Assembly: GCF_009914755.1 (NCBI RefSeq)
Contig: NC_060945.1
From: the human T2T-CHM13v2.0 reference genome, Homo sapiens
DNA length: 64,000 nucleotides
Strand: one strand, 5' to 3'
A program made the translations under genes and the position numbers. Below the pieces are notes generated by a model that was given only the letters and a program-made list of their open reading frames with translations, was not told the origin of the DNA and searched no databases. Shown here piece by piece: positions 53,668-64,000 of this stretch (the stretch's first letter is position 1; every line of letters starts with the position of its first letter).

Positions 53668-56553
53668 CTACACTGATATTTGCTTCTCTGACCTCCGAAG
53701 GCTCCATCTCCTAGGACGTTTTCCGGGAGCCAGGGAAAGCAGGATAGCAGAGCCTGGTCACGTAGTGCTTTGAGAATGCGCTGGGTGGGCGAGCGGTGCC
53801 TTCTTATTGGGTTGTTCTTGTGAGGAGCATTCTGATTCCTACTTAGAAGCCCTGAATGAAGGTGGGAGCCCCTGACGATGGCAGAGGCAGGTATGTCTAG
53901 GGTCTGGGGGCACCTGGTGTCATCTACTTGAGTCCTCTTTGAACTCTGCATTTGGCAGCTGAGCGATACCGAGGAAGTCACTTCCCCTCAGCGTCAAGCA
54001 CCTGTGCTCATCCTCAAAGGGGTCAATGACGCTTAGGTCACACTCTCCAGGGCCCAGAGCTGCTGAGCTGCACACATGTACGTTTCTCCATGAGACCATC
54101 TTGGGGGACAAGTGCTGGCACCCCCACATGGTAGGACAAAGACAGAGGCCTTGAGACATTAGTAACCTGCCTCAGATCACACAGCTGGGGCCAGACCAGA
54201 GCCCAGGCTGCCCGCGGTCATGTCCTAGGCACCATTTCTCATAGGCATCGTTGAGTGGGAGTCTGGGCTAAACAAGACCACACTGGTTTTGATGACGGCA
54301 TTTTCTGCCCCTGTACCGCATGGTAGGCCAGGGCCTCCCTCCCACCTGGCTACGCTGCGCCTCCACCTTCACTCTCAGTCTCTGTAAAGACATGTTTTGA
54401 GTGCTTGGGGCAGTCGCTGAGAATATTAAAGACATAATACAGGGGCGTGCACGATGTGGGGCCTTGGTACAGGTTGGTACAGGTTGGATCCATGCCTGCC
54501 CTGGCTCTGGGACCCTCCTCCCCAGGATAGAGCCAGGACAGGTGGGGAGGGGGTCACTACCTGGCATGATCCGCCAGGAGCTGGGGCAGAGGGACGGAGC
54601 CTGCCTGGCAACAGCCATGATCCACCAGGGGCTGGGCAGAGGGATGGAGCCTGCCTGGCAACAGTTCCAGGGGGGGTCCTTACTGGGACTTCCCCTTCCC
54701 AGGACCGCCAGTCCCCCAAACACAGCGGGAGCCCTGGTCAGGGAGGCTGGTAACCTAGGGGGAAGCCAGCGCTGGAGCTCTGGCTGAGGATGGAGCAGGC
54801 ACTCTCTGTTCAACCCTCCAGGAAGCCAGCATCACCAGGTGGCTGGGGTGGCTTCTGGCCTCCACTGTCTGCACGCTGTACCCTGGAGCTGCCTTGGGAA
54901 GGTTTCGGCTCCTGCAGCTCCCCCACGCCAATGCAGACATTGGCCTCATTCAGAGCAGGTCCGCTCTTCCCCAGGGGCAGGCCCCTCTCATGCGGCCCGC
55001 TTTCACTTTATCGGAGTCACAATGATCTGACCTCCTCCTATTGATCACGCACAGCATTTCCTGGGACTGAGTTTAATTTCTAATATCTGCCCCATCAGGC
55101 CCCTCCTGGGCAATCCTCTTCCTTCCTGGAAGGTACATTAAACTCTGAGGTTTCACAAGGGCTGGCTGCATCCCTGTGCAGGCAGACAGGACCCCACACA
55201 CCCAGGCGAGCCCTCCTTGGCGGCCTGTTCATCTGCAGGGATTCTTCCGGTTCCCCCTCTGGACAGCCCCACGGCCCAGATGCCTTGGCTTCCCAGCCAC
55301 AGATCCCTCATTGACCTCCCCTCCTTGCTGGGGAGAGGCAGGCGCTGGGTCATCCATGGGGCATGAAAGTGACGGCTACACCCTCCAAGCCCGCTGGGTC
55401 CCTCTGCCGGGTGCCTCCCATACCTGCCCCTCTGCAGTTGAGCAGGTGAGATCTGCTGGGGGAGGAGGTGGCCCCAGGATCCCTGTCGCCGTCCCGGCCT
55501 CCCCGCTGCCCTGCACTGGCTCCTGGGCTTCTCCTTGGCCCTCAGTTCCACGGCTTCCTGGCTCCAGCCTCCTGCCTGGGGCTACCCAGGGCCGTCAGGG
55601 GCTTAGTTGTTCCAGGAGGCTGTTGTACACAGAAAACACCTTCATGGCTGCTTGAACATTTAATATATAATTTATTGAGGTTAATTTAAAAAAACAATTA
55701 GTTTTCCTTAAGTAAACTCAATTCATGAATCTTATTTATTTGTTTTATATTCATCTGGGAGCTTTTGGCAATCTCTTTCAGAGGGACTTTTGATTAATGT
55801 TTGACCAACTCAGTTGAAAAAAACCCTCATGAACAGTCAATTCTGTTAATTAAATTCCCTCAGACATTTACACTGAACTTAGAAATTTATTTGATTTTCT
55901 TTTTAAGACACTTCAGCTGCCTGACCCAAGTACTTCAGAGGACTCTGAGAAAACCACTGACACCTTTGTAAACAGGCAGCTCCCAGAGTCCAGGAAACAT
56001 TCCAATTCTACTTATATATCTAGTTTGTTTTGCTCACACCTTTCAATTTAGAATCACTAGTCTGTAGAGAATGGCACATTTTAAACTAGAATCAGCTGTT
56101 CTGGGGAATAAACTAGGAAAGTGTGTGCTGTGGGAGCCTCTAGTATGCCTCATTCTCTTACACACTGTAAACACTTTCAAACACATACACAGACTGTTTC
56201 AGAACACAGCAGGAAAGTATTAATATGATAGGTTTGATTTACTTCATCATCTGCAAACAATGGTAAACCTTCCTGGAGTTGAAGTGCTTTCTCCACTGTG
56301 GAAGCAATTTCCTGTAGCAAGAATGGGGTTACTTTCTCTAAGTGTGCGTGATTTCGGTCTGGGCTTGAGACCTGGGATCATAGGCCTTCTGGATGATTCT
56401 GTGATGCCACTGATGAGAACTTTGGAAGCTGCCCTGACACAGACCTCCACATCCTCCAGAGGGGCCAGTCTCCCAGGCATGACCTGGTTCAGATAAATCA
56501 TTCCCGGATCCTTCCATCAGATTAGTCTGTGCCCATTGCCCGGTGACTTCACC

Positions 56554-56695
56554 ACTGATTAGATTCAATGTTTCTGCTTCTTCTCGAGTTATTTTCAAGC
56601 TCTTCTGAACTGGAGAAGTACAACTGATTAGATTCAACTTCTCTGCTTCTCTTTCAAGTTATTTTCAAGCTCTTCTGAACTGCAGGGGTACAACT
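56554..56695. repeat. Two-copy tandem duplication (about 69 bp)
   Basis: actgattagattcaa...agttattttcaagctcttctgaactg at 56554 and 56623. Confidence 0.88.
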
Positions 56696-58333
56696 CTCAC
56701 AGGCAGAGTCTCCATGTCTTTTGTGCTCTGCCCAGCTAGGTGGTTCCTGGGCTGTGATGCTGCCTGGTGCTCTGGGCTGCCCCTTGATCTGTTTCTGATT
56801 TAGCATCTGGCTCTAGCTCCTCCACTGTGGTCCTGGCCCTACCTGTGCTCTTGCAAGGAGCGTTTGGCCTATTCAAAACCAAACCCTACCACCCAGTCTG
56901 TCCACGTGTACTTAGAGAGTGTGGCACAATTGGTTGGCTGTGTAGGACTGTGAGCTTTAGAGACCTTCATACACATTTGATCATTGATCCTCACAAAGGC
57001 TGTGCAATTAGCAGGCATCCTCCCAGGTTCATAGGTGGGGAATTGATGCCAAGGCACGTGAAGGGGCCTCATCAAACTGCATAACCAGTACCCTTCGAAC
57101 CTCGATAGCAAGAGCGGATATTGATCGGTTCTGTTCTTAGAGCTGGATGCTGTACTAAGAAGTTTACATACATGATCTCAATGATGCCCCCCAAGAATAG
57201 CACGGTTTGGGAACTGTTACCACCCCCGTCTCACAAATGGGCACTCAGGACCTCACAGAGGATGAGCAGCTCGGTGAGGCTGAGATTCCAGCTGAGGCAC
57301 CCTGACCCCAGAGCTTGAGCTTAGCCTCTGCAGCGCTGCGTTTCCCCTGACATCAGCCCCGGCATCGCCGCCTGCAGTGACTTTGGACACAGTTATAGGT
57401 GCCCTGCTTAACTGCACCTGGAGGAGGCAGGGTGGGTGAGCTCTATCAGGACAAATCCTGGGGGTGGCCCCAGCTGCAGGCAGGACTCGTTCCTCAGCAG
57501 AGTGGCCACTGTACAGAAGGCCACGTCAAGTCAGAGGGCGCAGGGTGGCACTGCAAGGAAGGAGTGTGTCCAACACTCAGCACCCAGGCTGCAGTGGAGG
57601 GGGCAGCAGCACAGCTTTCCGGGCAGGCAGGCAGCTGGGGACACCTGTCCAGGGGCAGCACTGTCCACTGCCAGGCTGGCTGATTGGGATGCAGGAGTGA
57701 GACTCTATTCCCTGGTTTGGGCAGAGGCAAGGTTTCGAACATGAATGTTTGTTGAACTTTTATTATGTGCTGGGTGGTGAACCATGCACTTCACAGAGAT
57801 GAGGCCCTTGAATGTGCTCTTGGCGGCAGGAAGCGTTTTCCTTATTCTTCAGCCAGAGAAACTGAGCGCAGAGCGAAGGGAGCTTGGCCAAGGTCGTCCG
57901 TGAGCGGTGTCGGGCCTGACCTAGCACGCCACACCTGGGCAGGTCACCAAGGCTCTGTGCTTCAGGAACCAGGCTGGGGAGCCCCGGCCCAGCAGCAGGA
58001 GCAGCATCAGGCTGTGTGGGACTAAGCCCTGGAACATGGGACAGGAGAGCTGATGCCCTGATTCTCTGGAGCCTGAGCCCTGGGACCCGAGCTGGGCTGA
58101 GTGTGTGTGGCCCTCTCTCAGGTCTCAGTGGCAGGGGAAGGAGGTCGTGGGGACTGGGGACCAGTGCGTCCTTTTATTCATCACCTCATAGCTACCTCCT
58201 CCCAAACCCCATTAGGATACAGTGTGTCAAATCTCAGACAGCAAATCCTTCTCTCATAAAGGGGCAGGATCATCTCCATCCTGTTTGTTCCAACAGAGGC
58301 TGTAGTCAGGGGCAGTTTATGGGGTAAGAAGGA

Positions 58334-58912
58334 TGTGCTGGGGGCCCCCAGGACCACGCTTAGGCTTGATGCTTCTCTGGAAAGACTCACAGACCACAGA
58401 AGTCACAGTTTCTTACAGCAAAAGGAGGCAGATTAAAATCAGCAAATGAGAAAGTCACACAGGGTGGGGAGGGACCGGGTGCGAGCTTTCAGCTCCCCTC
58501 GCAGTGGGGTCACCAGTCAGCACCCGTTCCCTCAGCGTTGATGTGTGACAACACTCACGGTGCCTTGCCACCACCCTGGGAGCCCTGAGCCTTGGTGTCC
58601 ACATTTTTATTAGGGGTCAGCCATGAAGGCGTGGAGCACCCACATGGTTGCCCACGGCTTCTCAGCCCCCAGCCCCCAAGAGGTCAAAACTGTGACCCAG
58701 GACCCCAGAAGACCAAGCCAAACCTTTACCCTAAATCCCCTGGTTAGGGTAAACCGTCCAACAGGGCCCCAGGTCCCAGGTCTACAAAGACATGCTTGTC
58801 GGGCGGGATATTCCAAGGGCTTAGAGGTCATCACCAGGCCAAGCAGGAGCCAGTCCTGTGGAATGTGCAGGGTCTGGACACCCAGCCCCACTGAGTGAGC
58901 CCTTCCCCGCAC
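58334..58912. mobile_element. LTR element (MER21-like)
   Basis: ccccaggaccac...gactcacag...ttacagcaaaagga...aaaatcagcaaa motifs; family assignment from memory. Confidence 0.65.
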
Positions 58913-59756
58913 AGGGGACAGGTGGTCTGGAAGGGAGGGGCATGAGTGTCTGAGGGTGCCTGTGTCCATGGAGCCGCCCTCTGAGCACTGACGTCTCATA
59001 AAGACGTGTCCCGGCTGTTGGGGGTCAGCCCCTCCTGTGTCTGGCTCTGATTTCCCTGCAGGGTGGGGAAATTGTCCCACCCCAGGCACTCAGGTGCAGC
59101 TGGACTAAAGGTCAAGGGGGCATTAGCTCAAGCTCAGAGCTCCTTGACTTCAGCTGTGCAGAAACGATGAGCGCCTGCTGGAGGGACAACTGGTGCATGC
59201 AGCTGACGGCACGCAGCTGAGAGGAGACGCCCCTCATTGGTTTTGGATGCATCATATTTTACGCATCTCCAAAGGTGTTTATAATTTTTTTTTTTCAAGT
59301 AGCAGAAATCGCCATCAACCCAGCAAAAATAAACATATCAGTAACCATGGTGACTTCAGCCTTCCAGCCCTGGGCAGAAATGATCTCAGGCGGACACAGA
59401 GGGGCGCAGGCGTGGTTCTAAACGCTGGGTTCTATTGAAGGTGGACTAGATCTGATTGAAACTCTTCACAGCTGCTGGTGGTTGGAATTCCAGGCTCCCT
59501 GCAGGTGTCTGCCCTTCCCCTGGAAGCCTCAACAGTGACAGGGGCTGTAGCTGCTGGTGCCCGGGCTGGTCTCCTGAGGCCACCACTAGCTTCCTAGGGA
59601 GGGGCTTTACCCAACTAGGACACAGGGCCGCAGACCTGGGCACCGCTCAGCCAGGCTTCCTTCCTCGGGCCTGGACCCACTATCTGCCTGGGCTTCTGTT
59701 GCACAGCGATGATGCCAGGAAGCACACATATTCCAGCGTTCACCAGTGCACACCAC

Positions 59757-59938
59757 CACACATCGACGCTGAGGGAACGGGTGCTGACTGGTGACCCCAC
59801 TGCGAGAGGAGCTGAAAGCTTGCGCCCGGTCCCTCCCCACCCTGTGTGACTTTCTCATTTGCTGATTTTAATCTGCCTCCTTTTGCTGTAAGAAACTGTG
59901 ACTTCTGTGGTCTGTGAGTCTTTCCAGAGAAGCATCAA
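59757..59938 (-). repeat. 182-bp inverted copy of 58366-58547 flanked by a 28-bp direct repeat
   Basis: Reverse complement match read by hand; flanks 59728-59755 and 59939-59966. Confidence 0.93.
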
Positions 59939-60354
59939 ATATTCCAACATTCACCAGTGCACACCAAAATTCTCTCTGTGGATTTTGGGAGAGCGAGAGC
60001 GAGAGAGAAACAACAGCAACAAAACTCTAAGGAACTAACGGTGTAAAGAAATAAATTAACATGCAGAAAATTTCACATAAGGTCCATCCGCATGGCCTCC
60101 CCAGGCAAAGCTTTCACCTTCTTCCTAAGGCCCAGCCTTCCCCTGGAGAAAAGGCCATTCACCCACCTGCTGGCGAGGGAGAGGTGGCCCCCAGATTCTC
60201 ACACACAGGGTCACGGAGCTTGTCCTCCCTCCCAAACCACCTTCACTTCGGATCTGCCTGGATGCTGATTAGACTGGAGAGAGGAACAGATCAGAGACAC
60301 TAGACCAGGGTGGGCGGAGGAGGGGCCAGGAGGCAGATGCAAAAAGGGGAGCCT

Positions 60355-60652
<298 letters not shown>

Positions 60653-61659
60653 AAAGGGGAACCTGAGACCCCCAGCTCTGGCTGCCCTCGGTCTACACTG
60701 CTGGCAACAAGTCCAGTCCATAGTTTTTTCAGACTTTGAGGCCCAAATCTTTGATCTGGAAGGACCTGGGATTGCCAACTTGGCAGGGACTAGAGGGTAA
60801 AGGGTGGAGTCTGTCCAGGCGAGGTGTGGGGTGCCCTGGACACAGAAGACTGCATTTTGGGTCTTTATCCCTTATTGTCTCCCCAGATGCTTTTGTGAAG
60901 ACAGGTCTGCTCTTCAGGTGCTCCCCTCTGCCCCTGGGTCCTGAGGGCACCAGCCCTGCCTCCCCAACCTTCTTCCAGGTGAGAATGCAGGTCAGGCTGG
61001 AGGCAGACACCTGCAGATCCTCCTAGAATGCGGGCAGCTGGGGACTCCAGATGTGGGAGTCCTGATACCCACAGTCCAGCTGTGGCCGAGAAAAGGGGCA
61101 TTTTCTACTTTGCTGATCTATTTGAAGGGAATAACACCCAAAGATGGCTTTCTCCCAAGTCATGGACAGACAAAGGCAAACACGAAAACACCATCAGCCT
61201 GGCTGGCTCCGGGCCATGAAGCCTGCGGGGCTGAGCAGACTTCTGCTGCATCTGTTGGGAAACAATGCACAGTGGCCCTTGTCCCGAGGACGCAGGCTGC
61301 CTTTCAATCACTGCTGTTTCTGGAAAAAGAGAGCCCAGTCTTCCCAGAGAAGCGGGCTTAATAAGGACACAACCCTTCTGTACTCATGATAATCACAGCT
61401 CACGGCCGTGGAGAGCTTCATAGCGCTCCATCCTGTACTGAGCCCTACACATTTATAATCTCATTTAATCCTCGTAACAATCGGGCAAGGTCAGTATCGC
61501 CGTCACTGCTCCCCTTCAGGAAGCTGAGGAACTGCCCAGGGCCCTAGGATAGATCGGCATGGGGCAGGGTCAGCCCGAGACTCCCAGCCCTTAGCCCACA
61601 GAGCCTGGGGTCACAGCGGTGAAAGAACGGGACATACAAATGCAGAGGGCTCCTGCTCT

Positions 61660-62120
61660 AGGGTCCTCTAGGTGCTGTCACAGAGGACCACACAATTGGT
61701 AATTTAAAACAATGCACATTTATTCTCTTAAAGGTCTAGAGATTGAAGTCCAACACAGGTCTCCTTGAGCTAAAATCAAGGTACTGCAGGGCTGGTTCCT
61801 CCCAGAGGCTGGGTTTAGGGAGAGTCCACTTCTTGCCTTTCCCGGCTTCTAGAGCTGCCCTGAGGCCTTGACCCTCGGCCCCTCCTCCCTCTTCAAAGGC
61901 AGCACTGGCGTGGAGGCCTTCTCACATCTCATCCCCTGAGCTCCTCTTCCGCCTGCTCTTTCACATGTAAGGATCTTGGTGATCACTTTGGGCCTACCAG
62001 GATAATCCAAAATAAACTCCTGATGTTAAGGTCAGTAGATTAGCAATTTTCATTCCACCTGATGCCTTAATTCACTTTGCCAGGTAAGGCAACCGAGTCA
62101 CAGGTTCCAGGATTAGGAGG
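61660..62120 (-). mobile_element. MaLR LTR (MLT1 family)
   Basis: ttaaaacaatgcacatttattctctt...ctaaaatcaagg...ggataatccaaaataaactc...cacaggttccaggattagg. Confidence 0.75.
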
Positions 62121-62221
62121 CAGAAAGGGCTTCAGCCGGGGTTGACGCATTCAGATGTGTGCTCTCTATGGCCTTTCTGTGTCTTGGCCTGGCAGTCCTC
62201 CTGGAGTCGTCCCTGCTGGCA

Positions 62222-62953
62222 GGGACAGGTGCTGGAGTCAGCTCACGCCGGCTTCTGAGAGCCCAGTGGGGAACGGCTGAAATGTACAATTAATAAATTG
62301 CACTAAAACAAAGGTAACTTGAGTTTTGAGCATTTGTTACCTTTGTTTTAATACAATTTATTAATTGTACATTTTATGGTATTATTATGATATAATTTTA
62401 CGATCATCATGCTGTGGCAGTTATTACCTCTGTTGCATCTGTATGGCAGAAATCCTGTGTAACAGGAGGTTTGCTAGGGCACACCGGTCTCTGCATTGAG
62501 CTTCGTCGTGTCCACAGCTTGAACCAACCATCGCAAGAGCATTTACGTCACGGAAATCAGCATGTGCTACAAATCGAGGCTTGATTTTATCGTCTTATTG
62601 ATTATCTAGACTCAAGGAAATGATGAAAATCTTCGATGAACGCAGATTAATCTACAAGTGTGCTATGGTCATAACTGTTACACTGTAAATAGCATAAAAC
62701 GTTGTCAAATCGTAGTTGAATTGCAGCTATAGGCTGGCTACAAATATGAGAGTTTGGCCAAAATCAACAAAAGCATCTGTGTGGACCAGTTGGCTCTATG
62801 GAATTTATGATAAAAAGTCCTGTATATTTATTATTTGTAAATTGTGTGCTTCCTTTGCATGAATAAAACTTAGAGTGGACTGACGTACAGATGTTTACAC
62901 ACACGTCTTTTCTGCAGAGAGCCTGTTGTTAAACATTTGCCAGCACACCACTG
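62222..62953. mobile_element. hAT DNA transposon relic (MER63-like)
   Basis: 5' gtgctggagtcagctc..ccggct..gagagcc; 3' gagagcctgttgttaaacatttgccagcacaccactg; family assignment from memory. Confidence 0.7.
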
Positions 62954-64000
62954 CCTACCCCCTGCAACCCCCACCCCGCCAGCCTCACCTTCCCGGCCCC
63001 ACACTTTGTGCTCTCGTCCTCTGAGCCACGAGCACTTTCCAGAGCTCTCCTGCTGCACCGATGCCCTCTGCCCAGCATGGGATGACCCATCCCAACCATC
63101 CTCTCCCCTTGCCTGGCCCATCCTACTGGTCCCCCAGGCACGGCCCAGCAGTTATTCTCTCCAGGAAGCTGTTCTCTCCAGGAGGCTGTCCTGGCTTCTG
63201 GGTTGGGTCAGTGCCCTTCTGTGTTCTGGGGGTCCTGGGTTTTCCCCCATTGCACCCTGTGGGAATCGTGCTTGCTTCTCTGTGTTTAGGACTGGCCCCT
63301 GGCTGCCTCGTTGGTGGGGCCATAAAACTCTCCGTTTGTGCCCCAGAATCTAGCACATTTCCTACATAGTAGATGCTCAATAAACATTCACTCAATAGAA
63401 CAAACAGAATATTCACTTAAGGAGCTGGGATTGTTCTTGACTGAATACAGAGCTAGGTCTCTTCCCAGACACAGAAGGAAACAGACAAAGGAAGGGAAAG
63501 CTCTGATGGATACATGGTTCTGAAGGGGCCCTGGGTCCTGGCACATGAAGACGCTTGGGCACATGGGTGGGGAACATTGGGGAATGCCACGTCTCAGCTC
63601 CTATGACTGGAGGGCCCTTTGGACCGTTTTGGCTTCAATACAGCAGGCACCTGACATCCTTGACAGAGGAGTTTCTTTCTGCAGATGCACGAGGGATGTG
63701 GAACCCAGGACTCAGAGGGGGCAGATTAGTGTTCCCCCCAGGGGGCCCTGGGAGCCACGATCCTGCAGCCGGGGGTGCTCAGAGGATAAACAGGTGAGGC
63801 AGTTAATCGGGAGGCAGTCCTCTGGGAGCCCCAGTGCAGTCAGCAAGGCATGGAAGCCGTCTGTGTGGGCTTCCATCATGGTGGGGCACTGGGGGCCATG
63901 TGGGGTTCCTTCACTTCACGTAGGTGCAGCTCATCATGGGATGACAGTGGGGGGTTGGAGGGGACACCCTACGGGTCCCAGAGATGCCAAGTGAGGTCAT

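Overview
Human (or very close primate) genomic DNA that I recognise as the UMODL1 locus (uromodulin-like 1/olfactorin, 21q22.3). The + strand carries the 3' three quarters of the gene. I spliced the coding exons by hand from 3006 to the TAG at 41721-41723. All junctions are GT-AG and frame-compatible, and they encode FN3-SEA-EGF-mucin-like linker-FN3-SEA-EGF-ZP-TM-short tail. A non-coding last exon starts at 46158, with AATAAA at 47030. A spliced antisense unit (UMODL1-AS1/C21orf128, 162-codon ORF) overlaps the first SEA exon. The rest is Alu, L1, LTR and DNA-transposon relics, many minisatellites, and about 17 kb of apparently intergenic DNA. The most unusual signals are five. (1) Two separate minisatellites tandemly multiply a 5' splice site: one creates in-frame 27-nt micro-exon candidates in the ZP domain, the other straddles the NMD distance threshold after the stop codon. 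(2) A rare GAG acceptor that is also a donor sits at the TM exon and gives NMD-immune routes to a secreted protein. (3) A 384-nt in-frame exitron is built from a 15-bp repeat. (4) A 641-bp non-Alu inverted repeat in the 3'UTR intron shows a gene-conversion-like identity profile. (5) Two further inverted templated copies occur, one flanked by a 28-bp target duplication. Repeat subfamily names and reference-protein comparisons are from memory and were not checked against databases. All counts and identities were read by eye.
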